Source: Candidatus Hydrothermales bacterium (GTDB lineage Bacteria; Hydrothermota; Hydrothermia; Hydrothermales; JAJRUZ01). Taken from it: a stretch of DNA of 64,000 nucleotides. Positions 9,674 through 19,426 of this stretch are shown piece after piece. The position numbers and the translations under genes were made by a program. Location of the stretch: assembly GCA_039630575.1 (NCBI GenBank), contig JBCNUW010000004.1, forward strand, positions 36,146 to 100,145. The letters run 5' to 3'. The notes beneath the pieces are model-generated. The model did no database searches, was not told the origin of the DNA, and saw only the letters and a program-made list of their open reading frames with translations. Numbering within the stretch: position 1 is the stretch's first letter; each line of letters begins with the position of its first letter.

Positions 9674-10437
9674 TTTTCCTAAACTTTATTTTACTGATTA
9701 TTACCTTTTCCATCTCCTTTCTTGCCTCTGGAACGGAAACTGCCCTTTTTTCCTTATCAGAGGAGAAAGCATCAAGATTTCCCTTTAAAAAGGAAAGAAA
9801 AAAAATAATTAAAAAAATTTTAGTCTTCCCAGGAATAATAATACTTACACTTGTCACTATAAATACATTTGTAAATACTTTAGCCTCTTCAGTTTTTTCA
9901 AGCATAACTTTCCAAATTTTCAGTATGGACAAAAAATTAATTGAAATAATAGATACAGTTATCTTGGGTTCATTCATATTTATTTTTTGTGAAACTCTAC
10001 CTAAAAATCTTGCCTTAAAATCTCCTTACAGATTTTTAATACTATCATTTCCATTTTACATAATAACAATTTACCCTTTAACTTTATTAGCAGAGAAATT
10101 CAAAAGAAAAGAAAAAAAGATAATAAAGAGAGATTTTCATTTTTTACACGAACTTGAACTTATTCTTTTTACAGGTGATATAAAGGAAATCTTAACAGAA
10201 TCTGAAAAAAATCTCTTTATAAAACTTATAGAATTTTCACAACTAAAACCAACAGACTTCAAAAAACATAAAAAAGAAGAGACAAATTTCATAGAAGTTA
10301 AAAGTGAGGAACCACTTTTTTTCATCTTAAAAAAATTACTCAAAGAAAAAAAAGAATACGCACTCTTTTACTATGAAGGTAAAAGATATTTTATTTCTAA
10401 AAAAGATATAATTCAATATGTCTTTAAAGAAATATAA
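9670..10437 (+). CDS. CNNM/DUF21 membrane protein with degenerate C-terminus
   Basis: ASGTETALFSL, NTFVN, CETLPKNLA motifs. Confidence 0.75.
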   Translation: MIFLNFILLIITFSISFLASGTETALFSLSEEKASRFPFKKERKKIIKKILVFPGIIILTLVTINTFVNTLASSVFSSITFQIFSMDKKLIEIIDTVILGSFIFIFCETLPKNLALKSPYRFLILSFPFYIITIYPLTLLAEKFKRKEKKIIKRDFHFLHELELILFTGDIKEILTESEKNLFIKLIEFSQLKPTDFKKHKKEETNFIEVKSEEPLFFILKKLLKEKKEYALFYYEGKRYFISKKDIIQYVFKEI

Positions 10438-11182
10438 ATATATAAGTAAGAATTTTTTCATTCTATCGACTTTTTCAATAATAGTAAGCATAGTTCCAAT
10501 CAATTTATCTAACACTCCAAAAGGAAGTGATCTTTTGTTTCATTTTATTTTCTTTTTCATATTCTCTATTTTCTGTGAAAACAAAAACGATAGAATACTG
10601 ATTTTTTTAATTCCCATATTAACTGAGTCAATACAGTTTTTTCTACCTTACAGAAACTTTAATTTTTATGATCTTTTATCTGATTACTTTGGTATAATCT
10701 CTGGTATTTTCTTTTATAATACGATTTTAAAAAACCCAGAAAGAAGATTTATATTTGTAGGTTCCTTTTTTTATTTAGGATATGTTATTCCAAAAATGAA
10801 AGGAACCTTCTCAAGTTTTCTGATCCTTAACATTTTAATTTTTTACAAACTTCCATGGTTCACACTATCAATTTTATTTATATTTACCTATATACTCCAT
10901 TACCTTTTAAAAGACTTTCTTTATAAAAAAGATCCTGATTTTTTTACCCTTGATGAAGTAATAGGGACATTTCCTATTTTTTATCTTCAGACTGAAATTT
11001 TTTTATATGTTTTTTATTTTATTCTTTATAGATTTTTTGATATAAAAAAACCTCTATTCATAAAAAATATTGAAAAAATTCATAATTTTAACGGAGTTTT
11101 TCTTGACGACTTTTTAAGTGGAATTTACTCCCTCTTTATTACTCTATTGATTCATTTTGTGATTCAAAAAATTTTTCTATAA
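10418..11182 (+). CDS. VanZ-like domain fused to phosphatidylglycerophosphatase A (PgpA-like)
   Basis: N-half DLLFH..TESIQFFLPYR..DLLSDYFG (VanZ); C-half KDPDFFTLDEVIG, RFFDIKKP, GVFLDDFLSG (PgpA). Confidence 0.7.
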   Translation: MSLKKYKYISKNFFILSTFSIIVSIVPINLSNTPKGSDLLFHFIFFFIFSIFCENKNDRILIFLIPILTESIQFFLPYRNFNFYDLLSDYFGIISGIFFYNTILKNPERRFIFVGSFFYLGYVIPKMKGTFSSFLILNILIFYKLPWFTLSILFIFTYILHYLLKDFLYKKDPDFFTLDEVIGTFPIFYLQTEIFLYVFYFILYRFFDIKKPLFIKNIEKIHNFNGVFLDDFLSGIYSLFITLLIHFVIQKIFL

Positions 11183-11191
11183 AATAAAATT

Positions 11192-11497
11192 ATGGAAAAT
11201 AAAAGATACATTGCTTTGCTTTCATATTTGGGTATTTTATTTATAATACCCCTTATTTTAGAACCTAATGATGAATTTGTAAAATTTCATGTCAAACAGG
11301 GAATAGTTCTCTTTGTTTTTTTCATGATTGTATTTATTTTAGGTGGTATAATACCTTTTATAGGATGGTTTGTCCTTTGGCCGATAGGAATTTTCATCTG
11401 GATCCTTCTTCTTATAGTCGGAATAATCAATGCTCTTGGAGGCAAAAAAGAGAAACTTCCCTACATAGGTAAATATGCGGACAAGTTAAATTTTTAA
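11192..11497 (+). CDS. DUF4870 family membrane protein
   Basis: ALLSYLGILF, FVKFHVKQG, LPYIG. Confidence 0.8.
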   Translation: MENKRYIALLSYLGILFIIPLILEPNDEFVKFHVKQGIVLFVFFMIVFILGGIIPFIGWFVLWPIGIFIWILLLIVGIINALGGKKEKLPYIGKYADKLNF

Positions 11498-11510
11498 TAA
11501 AATTTCAAAA

Positions 11511-12524
11511 TTGAAAAATTTATATTTTTTAATATCTTTTGTAATATTTATCTTACAACTTATCCTTTACTCTCCTTTAATAAATTTTAAAGGCAAAGAG
11601 GAAAAGTTGTTAATAAAAAGGGGAACTAATCTGAAAGAGTTTTTTAAAATATTAAAGGAAAAAAAAATTTTAAATAGTAGCCTTTTTTTATTACTTTTAA
11701 AAATTTATAATCCAAAGTTTAAAATTTTTGCTGGAGAATGGAGAATTCTTAACTCAAGGAACGATTTTATTAATTTGAAAAATATAAGTAAGGCTAAAAT
11801 TAATACACAATTTTTAATTACAATCCCTGAAGGTTATGAATTAAAAAAAATTTTAAAATTAGTTTCAGAAAAAACCGGAATTGACCTTAATGAATTGAAG
11901 GAACTTGCAGAAAATACAGAAAATTTCAAGGAAATATTTAAAGATAACTTACCCAAAAATCTTGAGGGATACCTTTTTCCTGATACATACATTCTATCAT
12001 ACTATCTTTCACCCAAAGAAATACTTTTAGTCTTTATAAAAAGACTTTTTGAAGTTTTAAAGGAATTAAATTACGATTCAGTAAAGGATAAAATTGGTTT
12101 AAATTTAAATCAAGTTTTAACGTTAGCTTCAATTATTGAGAAGGAAGCAATATACGATTTTGAAAAAAAAATCATTTCTTCAGTATACCATAACAGATTA
12201 AAAAAAAATATACCATTGCAGGCTGACCCAACGATCCAATACTTACTTCCTGAGCCACTTTTTCCTTTACCTATTAAGTTTTTGAAAATAATCTCACCCT
12301 ACAATACTTATATAAATAAGGGCTTACCACCAGCGCCTATATGTTCACCTGGAAAAGCATCAATAGAAGCAGCTCTATATCCATCAGAAACGGATTATCT
12401 TTATTTTGTAGCAAAAGGCGATGGTACACACATCTTTGCAAAAACTTATAAAGAACATATTAAAAATAAAAAGCTTGCAAAAGAAGAATGGGTAAAAAAA
12501 GGATTAATTAAAAAAAACTATTAA
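11511..12524 (+). CDS. mltG: endolytic transglycosylase MltG (YceG)
   Basis: TIPEG, LEGYLFPDTY, LASIIEKEA, LQADPT, SPYNTY..GLPP. Confidence 0.92.
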   Translation: MKNLYFLISFVIFILQLILYSPLINFKGKEEKLLIKRGTNLKEFFKILKEKKILNSSLFLLLLKIYNPKFKIFAGEWRILNSRNDFINLKNISKAKINTQFLITIPEGYELKKILKLVSEKTGIDLNELKELAENTENFKEIFKDNLPKNLEGYLFPDTYILSYYLSPKEILLVFIKRLFEVLKELNYDSVKDKIGLNLNQVLTLASIIEKEAIYDFEKKIISSVYHNRLKKNIPLQADPTIQYLLPEPLFPLPIKFLKIISPYNTYINKGLPPAPICSPGKASIEAALYPSETDYLYFVAKGDGTHIFAKTYKEHIKNKKLAKEEWVKKGLIKKNY

Positions 12525-12526
12525 AA

Positions 12527-13432
12527 TTACTTAAATAAAATTTTAAAAAGCCCCATTTGAGCCCACATTCTGTTTTCGGCTTGCTCATAAACTATTGAAT
12601 AATCTGCATCCAAAACCTCATCGGTAACCTCTTCACCTCTGTGAGCTGGCAAACAATGCATAAATTTCACATCATTGTGAGCTTTTTCTATAAGACTTAC
12701 GTTTACTTGGTATGGCAAGAAAATCTTTTTTCTGATCTCTGCTTCATGTTCCTGTCCCATAGAAGCCCACACGTCTGTATATATAAATTTAACACCTCTA
12801 ACAATTTCATAGGGATCATAACTAAAAATTATCTTTGATTTTGTCTTTTTTGCTATTTCATTTGCCTTCTCCATAATCTCCTTTTTAGGCTCATAACCTT
12901 TAGGAGTAGAAATTCTTATTTCTCCTCCTGTTAAGGCAAAACCCAAAATAAGAGAATGACAAACATTGTTCCCATCTCCTACATATAGAAGTGGACCATT
13001 CAGATCTCCTGAAAATTCCTTTATAGTCATAAGATCAGCTAAAACTTGGCAAGGATGTTCCAAATCAGAAAGAGCATTTATTACCGGGATATTACTCTCT
13101 CTTGCAAGAATATTGAGAGTTTCATGAGAATAAACTCTTGAGATAACTGAGTTCACCCATCTTTCGAGATTTTTTGCAATGTCCTTTACAGATTCTCTTT
13201 TACCCATTCCAACATCCTGTTGCGAGAGGTATATAGAATGGCCACCCAATTTTTTTATTCCTGCCTCAAAACTTACCCTTGTTCTAAGAGAGGGTTTTTC
13301 AAAGATAAGAGCAAAAATTTTATCTTTGAGAAAGTCTTCGCTTTTTCCTTTCTTGAATTCTTCTGAGTAAGTTAGAATTTGTTTTAATTCAGATGAAGTA
13401 ATATCTGTTATAGAGAGGAAATCTCTTTTCAT
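12527..13432 (-). CDS. argF: ornithine carbamoyltransferase
   Basis: FEKPSLRTRVSF, HPCQ, GDGNNV, TDVWASMG, MHCLP, AENR. Confidence 0.93.
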   Translation of the reverse strand: MKRDFLSITDITSSELKQILTYSEEFKKGKSEDFLKDKIFALIFEKPSLRTRVSFEAGIKKLGGHSIYLSQQDVGMGKRESVKDIAKNLERWVNSVISRVYSHETLNILARESNIPVINALSDLEHPCQVLADLMTIKEFSGDLNGPLLYVGDGNNVCHSLILGFALTGGEIRISTPKGYEPKKEIMEKANEIAKKTKSKIIFSYDPYEIVRGVKFIYTDVWASMGQEHEAEIRKKIFLPYQVNVSLIEKAHNDVKFMHCLPAHRGEEVTDEVLDADYSIVYEQAENRMWAQMGLFKILFK

Positions 13433-14425
13433 TTATTTTTTCCCCTCAAGTTCACTTGCTTTTTTAAGAGCCTCAAGGGCTTCTTTATTTTTTCCCAACC
13501 TTGAGTAACAATCAGCAATCAGCTTATATATTTCTGATTTTTCTTTCAAAGACAAAGATTTTTTATAGTATTCCAACGCCTTTTCATAGCTATTTGTTAA
13601 ATGATAGGCTCTACCAATATACTCATAAACATCTGCCTCTTCAGGATTCTTTTTGGCATATTTTTCGAAATAGGCTATTGACTCCTTATATTTTTTTGAA
13701 AGAAAGTTTGAAAAGGCAATATTAAAAAGATAATTTATATTTGACGAATCTGATAAGTAAGCTTCCTTAAAAAATTTTTCTGCCTCTTCATAATTTCTTT
13801 TATTTGAATATATTTCACCCAACAATCCATAAAACTTTGACTTTAACTCTTTATTTATTTCTTTACCTATGTTATTCTTTGCTATTTCTTCAGCTTTATC
13901 TGGGTTTTCTTCCATGTAAAACCTAGCAAGGTAATAGGACATAAGAATATCATCCTTTGCTCTTTTTTGTCCCTCTTCGAGAGTTTCTTTTGCCCTTTTT
14001 GCATCACCTTTACTTTGATAAAAGGCAGCAAGATTGATATAAATTTTTGGACTATCTGGTTCAATTTCTTTTAATTTTTCAAAACATTTTATTGCAAAGT
14101 CATAATTTTTTTCTTGGTTTGCAACAATTCCAGCGTTAAAAAGGGTTGTTTTATCAATGTCTTCAAGTTTTTTCTTTAATCCCATATCAAAAGATTTAAA
14201 AAGATAATTAGCTCCCTCAACATACTTGTTTGTTAAAGTATAGGCTCTTGAAATCCATAAATATGGTTCAGGGTTTTTTGGCTCTGACTTTGCCCACTTT
14301 TCAGCCTCTTCAATCATCTTCTCAAAATTCTGTTGTTGCATATAAATTTTAACTGCTGTTGAATGAGGATTTGCTGCACAATAAAAAAATATAATTGAAA
14401 TTAAAAATCCCAATGATTTTTTCAT
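13433..14425 (-). CDS. TPR repeat lipoprotein
   Basis: Signal peptide ending FFYC; multiple TPR helical repeats. Confidence 0.8.
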   Translation of the reverse strand: MKKSLGFLISIIFFYCAANPHSTAVKIYMQQQNFEKMIEEAEKWAKSEPKNPEPYLWISRAYTLTNKYVEGANYLFKSFDMGLKKKLEDIDKTTLFNAGIVANQEKNYDFAIKCFEKLKEIEPDSPKIYINLAAFYQSKGDAKRAKETLEEGQKRAKDDILMSYYLARFYMEENPDKAEEIAKNNIGKEINKELKSKFYGLLGEIYSNKRNYEEAEKFFKEAYLSDSSNINYLFNIAFSNFLSKKYKESIAYFEKYAKKNPEEADVYEYIGRAYHLTNSYEKALEYYKKSLSLKEKSEIYKLIADCYSRLGKNKEALEALKKASELEGKK

Positions 14426-14443
14426 TTAACTTCTCCTTTTATT

Positions 14444-14460
14444 TTTGGAGTAGAACCAAA
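14444..14460 (-). promoter_or_regulatory. tRNA T-arm-like leader hairpin #2 (TPR-argF operon)
   Basis: Minus strand TTTGG-TTCTACT-CCAAA, perfect 5-bp stem; GTGAAA-N18-TATAAT ends 9 nt upstream; GGAG then ATG 14425. Confidence 0.7.
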
Positions 14461-14470
14461 TTCTGCTTAA

Positions 14471-15586
14471 TTATAAATAAAAATTTCTGATTTTTTCACA
14501 TATGTATAAAATATCTTCATCTTTAAGATAAGGATGACAAGGTAAAGACAAAACTTCTTTACAAAGTTTTTCAGTTAACGGCAAATATCCTTCTTTATAG
14601 CCGTAAAAACTTGCTGCTGGCTGTAAATGGCATGGTATAGGATAATGTATACCTGTTTCTATACCGTTTTCTTTTAGATACTCCCTTAAATTATCTCTAT
14701 TTTTAGCACAAATTACAAAAAGGTGATAAACAGATTTTTTATTCTTATCCTCTTTGATTAATCTCACATGCTCTAAATCCTTGAGATTTTCGAAATAAAT
14801 TCTCGCTATTTCTCTTCTTCTTGAATTCCATCTATCCAGGTGTTTAAGTTTTAAAAGTAAAACAGCTGCCTGAATCTCATCCATTCTAAAATTGAAACCC
14901 ATTATTTTGCTTACATAACTTTTATCTTGTCCATGAACTCTCAAGAGTTTTAATTTTTCATATATATCGTAATCATTTGTAGATACTCCTCCAGCTTCAC
15001 CTAGTGCACCGAGGTTTTTAGTATAGTAGAAACTGAAAGCTGATAGATCTCCGAGATTACCAACCCTTTTATCCTCATACAAAGCACCATGGGATTGAGC
15101 GGAATCTTCAATTAAAACAATTTGAGGGTTATTTTTTTTAATCTCCCAAAATTCTTTCATATCACAGGGCATACCAAAAAGGTGAACCAAAATTATTCCT
15201 TTTGTTCTTTTTGTTAGCTTTGATTTTACATCTTCAGGGTCAATTGTAAAATCACTTTCTTTAATTTCAGCAAAAATAGGTTTAGCCCCAACCATCCAAA
15301 CAGCTTCAAGGACTGCAAAAAATGTAAAAGAAGGTAATATTACCTCATCATTTTCTTTTATACCTACACTCCTTAAAGCAAGATGAAGTGCATCTGTTCC
15401 AGATGAACAACTTAAAAAATATTTACTTCCGCAGTACAGTGCAAATTCTTTTTCAAATTTCTCTTGGTGAGGACCCAGATAGAGGTTCATGTCTTTGAAG
15501 ATTTTTCTTAAGAGGGGAAATAGATCCCTTTTTATTTCAAGATAAGAAAGATAGAGGTTGTGTAGTTTTATTTCTTTTTTTTTCAT
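14471..15586 (-). CDS. DegT/DnrJ/EryC1/StrS PLP aminotransferase (GnnB candidate)
   Basis: SGTDAL, VHLFG, EDSAQSHGA, SFYYTKNLGALGEAG, GFNFRMDEIQAA. Confidence 0.9.
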   Translation of the reverse strand: MKKKEIKLHNLYLSYLEIKRDLFPLLRKIFKDMNLYLGPHQEKFEKEFALYCGSKYFLSCSSGTDALHLALRSVGIKENDEVILPSFTFFAVLEAVWMVGAKPIFAEIKESDFTIDPEDVKSKLTKRTKGIILVHLFGMPCDMKEFWEIKKNNPQIVLIEDSAQSHGALYEDKRVGNLGDLSAFSFYYTKNLGALGEAGGVSTNDYDIYEKLKLLRVHGQDKSYVSKIMGFNFRMDEIQAAVLLLKLKHLDRWNSRRREIARIYFENLKDLEHVRLIKEDKNKKSVYHLFVICAKNRDNLREYLKENGIETGIHYPIPCHLQPAASFYGYKEGYLPLTEKLCKEVLSLPCHPYLKDEDILYICEKIRNFYL

Positions 15587-15629
15587 TTAGAAATTGTGGG
15601 TAGATTTAGATTGTTATCTTTTTAAAAAG

Positions 15630-15704
15630 TCGGGGCGCGCGGATTTGAACCGCGGACCTCTTGGTCCCAAGCCAAGCGCGCTTTCCGGACTGCGCTACGC
15701 CCCG
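15630..15704 (-). tRNA. tRNA-Pro(TGG), CCA not encoded
   Basis: CGGGGCG acceptor, anticodon arm CTTGG-CTTGGGA-CCAAG, GGTTCAAATCC T-arm. Confidence 0.95.
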
Positions 15705-15747
15705 CTTCACTTAATTAATTATATTATTAAAATTTTAAAAATACAAC

Positions 15748-15834
15748 TTAATCCCTAAGCTTTCTATGAAGATAAAAAAGATAAAAAAATATAACTGTCC
15801 AAACCACAATGTAAGATATATATAAAAATTTCAT
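15748..15834 (-). CDS. ccmD: heme exporter protein CcmD (28 aa, missing from ORF track)
   Basis: MKFLYISYIVVWTVIFFYLFYLHRKLRD*, starts immediately after the ccmC stop; single TM with Y..W and basic tail. Confidence 0.75.
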   Translation of the reverse strand: MKFLYISYIVVWTVIFFYLFYLHRKLRD

Positions 15835-16494
15835 TTAAGCTCTCTCCAACTTTTCGAATAACCTATAACCTATTTTATACCTCAATAAAAATAAAAATAA
15901 AAATAAAAATAAATATGGTATAAAACTCAAAAATAAAGCAATCCTCATAGAAGGTGTGATCAATACATCTCCGGGAGTAAAAGGTGAGGGATGAACTGAT
16001 CTCCACAACTTAACTGAAAAATAAACAAAAGGAACATCTACATAAATTATTACACCTAAAACAGAGGAAAATCTAGCTCTTTTATCTGGTGTTTCAATAA
16101 ATCTCCTCAAAAGTAGATATGAGGAATAAAGAAAAAACAAAATAAGAGTTGTTGTTAATCTTGGATCCCAAACCCAGTAATGTCCCCAAACAGCTTTTGC
16201 CCATAACATTCCTGTTATAAGTGTGAGAAAATTATATAAAACTCCAATCTCAGCAGCACTCTCTGAATAAATATCCAACTTCAAATCCTTTTTAAAAAGA
16301 TATAGGATACTAAAAAGAAAAACTAAAGTAAAAGAGATCATAGAAACCCAAGCTAATGGCACATGAATATACATTATTCTAACAAGATCACCCATATTTC
16401 TTTCTGGTGGAGTAACAAAAAGAGAAAAATAAAAGATTATATAACCTGTAATTAAACCAAAAATTAAAAGAAAAAACTCAACCTTTATTTTCAA
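15835..16494 (-). CDS. ccmC: heme exporter protein CcmC
   Basis: IYIH-like MYIHVP, WAKAVWGHYWVWDPRLTT (WWD motif), WRSVHP. Confidence 0.88.
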   Translation of the reverse strand: MKIKVEFFLLIFGLITGYIIFYFSLFVTPPERNMGDLVRIMYIHVPLAWVSMISFTLVFLFSILYLFKKDLKLDIYSESAAEIGVLYNFLTLITGMLWAKAVWGHYWVWDPRLTTTLILFFLYSSYLLLRRFIETPDKRARFSSVLGVIIYVDVPFVYFSVKLWRSVHPSPFTPGDVLITPSMRIALFLSFIPYLFLFLFLFLLRYKIGYRLFEKLERA

Positions 16495-17810
16495 AGTTTC
16501 CCAAAAAATTTCTTTAATATTTCTTCAAGAGTTGGTTCACCAATTTCCTGTAATTCATATCTCACTTTTACCCAAGGTTTACCTATGTCAAACAAATTTG
16601 CAAGATTAATAGGTGTACCTATTATCACTGCGTCACAAGGTGTTCTCCTTATTGTTTCCCTTAACTCCTCTATTTGAATTTCACTGTAGCCCATAGCTGG
16701 AAGGACTTTTCCTGTATTAGGATACTTTTCAAAGGTGGATTTTATTGATCCGACCGCATATGAAATTGGTGACACGATCTCTTTAGCTCCATACTTTTTA
16801 GCAGCCACATATGCTGCACCTATATCCATCTCTCCATGAGTAAGAGTTGGACCATCTTCAATACATAAAACTCTTTTTTCCCTAATTACATCTGGATTAT
16901 CCACATAAATCGGAGATGCAGCTTCAACAATCTTTGCACGCGGATTTAAGCGTTCTATATTTAATCTTAGCTTATATACATTTTCAAAAGGCGCAAAATC
17001 TATTTTGTTTATAACCACAACATCTGCCATCCTTATGTTTGTTTCACCTGGATGATAGGTTTCTTCATGCCCTAACCTTAAAGGATCAGCCACAACAATA
17101 TGCAAATCAGGTTTAAAAAAAGGAAAGTCATTATTTCCACCCTCCCATAAAATTACATCATTCTCCTTCTCTGCTAATTTCAAAATCTCTTGGTAGTCAA
17201 CACCTGCATACACAACAAAACCCATAGAGATATGTGGCTCATATTCTTCTCTTTCTTCAATAGTTGTTTTATATTTAACTAAATCTTCTTTTGAAACAAA
17301 TTTTTGGACTTTCATTTTATCAAGATCTCCATAGGGCATAGGGTGTCTTACAACTCCTACTTTTTTTCCTATATCTTTTAAAATTTTCGCTATTTTTCTT
17401 GATGTTTGGCTTTTCCCGCTCCCTGTTCTGACAGCACAAACAGAAATAACCTTTTTTTCTGATTTTAGCATAGTGCTTTCAGGACCTAATATCCAAAAAT
17501 CTGCACCACAAGCTAAAGCTCTCGAAGCACGATTCATAACATAAACATGGGAAACATCAGAATATGAGAAAACAACAATGTCAACTTTTTTCTCTTTTAT
17601 TATTTTTTCCATTTCCTCTTCAAGGTAAATAGGTATACCCTCTGGATAAAGTTTTCCTGCAAGAGAAGGAGGATATTTTCTTCCCTCAATTCCTGGTATC
17701 TGTGTGGCTGTAAATCCTATAACTTTATAATTTTCATTATCCCTAAAAAAAACATTAAAGTTATGAAAATCTCTTCCAGCAGCACCAAGTATCAAAACTC
17801 TTTTTACCAT
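16491..17810 (-). CDS. cyclic 2,3-diphosphoglycerate synthetase-like P-loop NTPase, arginine synthetase (ArcE)-like
   Basis: ILGAAGRDFHNFN, AVRTGSGKSQT, RHPMPYG, EEREEYEPH, EDGPTLTHG. Confidence 0.75.
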   Translation of the reverse strand: MVKRVLILGAAGRDFHNFNVFFRDNENYKVIGFTATQIPGIEGRKYPPSLAGKLYPEGIPIYLEEEMEKIIKEKKVDIVVFSYSDVSHVYVMNRASRALACGADFWILGPESTMLKSEKKVISVCAVRTGSGKSQTSRKIAKILKDIGKKVGVVRHPMPYGDLDKMKVQKFVSKEDLVKYKTTIEEREEYEPHISMGFVVYAGVDYQEILKLAEKENDVILWEGGNNDFPFFKPDLHIVVADPLRLGHEETYHPGETNIRMADVVVINKIDFAPFENVYKLRLNIERLNPRAKIVEAASPIYVDNPDVIREKRVLCIEDGPTLTHGEMDIGAAYVAAKKYGAKEIVSPISYAVGSIKSTFEKYPNTGKVLPAMGYSEIQIEELRETIRRTPCDAVIIGTPINLANLFDIGKPWVKVRYELQEIGEPTLEEILKKFFGKL

Positions 17811-17847
17811 CTTATATTACCTCCCTATATATACTTTATAATTAAAA

Positions 17848-19386
17848 ATGCTTTTCAAGAAGTTAATTTTAAATCTTGAAGAAAAGAAATTTCAAAAGGA
17901 GCATTTTTTATATTTAATAAGTTCTTTATTAATAAGAGACTTACTTGAAAGTGCTCTTGAAGGTGATTTTAAAATCTTCCGAACTCCCTCCCTTTACGAG
18001 TCTCTCCTTTTTACAATACATCACTTATTTTTTTATTCATCCCTTATTTTAATTCTTGTTCTTTTTATTTCATATCTTTTAAAAGAAAAAAAGGAAAAGG
18101 TCTTAATTGTTTTTATATATTTTTCACCTCTTGTTATTATCGCTCCAATCTTTGACTTTCTTTTAGGTGGTGGAAAAATACTTTCTTATCCCACCTCAAT
18201 AAAGGACTTACTATTAGGCTTATTAAAAGGAGAATTCGAAAAACAAGGTATTTCAGAAGGACAACTTTTTGAGGTAATTACCATATGTTTTTTTATAGCA
18301 CTTTATGTTTATCTAAAAAGCAAAAATATTTTAAAACTAATTCTTTCTTTTTTGGGTTCTTTTATAATAATTTTAACTTTTGGAGGTTTTCCAGGGTATT
18401 TCATTGAAATTTTTAAAGAAGGTGGCTACATATTCTCACATAACTCTAAACAAGGACTTTTATATGCCTTAATAACAATTATAACAATCCCTCTTTTTTT
18501 CAAAATAGAAATAACCTATAATGAACTTTTTACTTTTTCAGTGTGGGGGTATCTTTCATCTTTGTTCAAAATTTTACTATTAAAAACAAAATACGATATA
18601 CCTTCTCCCTTATTTCCCTTTGATTATATTTCAGTTATAGTCTTACCAATCTTAGTCTTGGTTAAAAATAAAAAAAATATTTATTACTTTACAATTTCTC
18701 TTTTAATAGTGTTTTTGATTGGTGAAATACCTTTTATTTTCTTTATTCTCTTTCTTATTATCGATAACACTACCTTTAATCACACTGTTAAAAGGATAAT
18801 TTCAGCAAATGTTATTTTCCTGTCAGGGTCATCAGTTTTTTTTGGTAACTATTCACATTTAGTCCATCCTTTCTTTTTTCCATTTTTGTTATCTTTTTTG
18901 GTAATAATTAGAAAAAGATTAATAAGAGAATTAATTTTAAATTCGCTCTTTTTAATTTTAACACTTTTAACTTACGAAAGGAGCTTCTGGGTAAGATCTA
19001 TAAACCTTAACGAAAATTTCATAACAAAAAGTGAATATAGGCACTATTACCTTTATTTAAAATATTTAGATAGTTATTCCTTCTTAAGAACAGTCAACAT
19101 TTTAATTGAAACAAAAAATTATGAGAACATACCCTTTTTAATCGAAAAATTCAAAAAAGAAAAATCTCTGGGAGACTATTACTTTTACAGGTCGCTTATA
19201 GGAGCAATATTTAATGAAGATATTATTAAGCTAAAAAATTTATCTAAACTTGCACTTATCTTTGGAAACCCCCTTTGTCTTCCTTTAATTTCCAAAATTT
19301 TTGACTTATCCGATGAAAATGAGAAAGCTTTAATTTTTTTAAAAAGAAGTTTGAAACATAATATCTATGGAAAATATAATTTTTAA
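17848..19386 (+). CDS. hypothetical polytopic membrane protein with helical C-terminal domain
   Basis: 512-aa ORF with many hydrophobic segments. Confidence 0.65.
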   Translation: MLFKKLILNLEEKKFQKEHFLYLISSLLIRDLLESALEGDFKIFRTPSLYESLLFTIHHLFFYSSLILILVLFISYLLKEKKEKVLIVFIYFSPLVIIAPIFDFLLGGGKILSYPTSIKDLLLGLLKGEFEKQGISEGQLFEVITICFFIALYVYLKSKNILKLILSFLGSFIIILTFGGFPGYFIEIFKEGGYIFSHNSKQGLLYALITIITIPLFFKIEITYNELFTFSVWGYLSSLFKILLLKTKYDIPSPLFPFDYISVIVLPILVLVKNKKNIYYFTISLLIVFLIGEIPFIFFILFLIIDNTTFNHTVKRIISANVIFLSGSSVFFGNYSHLVHPFFFPFLLSFLVIIRKRLIRELILNSLFLILTLLTYERSFWVRSINLNENFITKSEYRHYYLYLKYLDSYSFLRTVNILIETKNYENIPFLIEKFKKEKSLGDYYFYRSLIGAIFNEDIIKLKNLSKLALIFGNPLCLPLISKIFDLSDENEKALIFLKRSLKHNIYGKYNF

Positions 19387-19409
19387 AAAGAGGTTGAAAT
19401 CCTATCTTT
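19387..19409 (+). promoter_or_regulatory. T-arm-like leader hairpin #3 (S8 protease), loop variant TTGAAAT
   Basis: AAAGAGG-TTGAAAT-CCTATCTTT directly after TTGAAA(19351)-N18-TATAAT(19375). Confidence 0.55.
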
Positions 19410-19426
19410 AAAAATTTTTATTAAAA

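Noticed and set aside
15884-15914. (AAAAAT)n tandem repeat in ccmC
   Set aside because: Simply encodes an LFLFLF transmembrane segment; frame intact.
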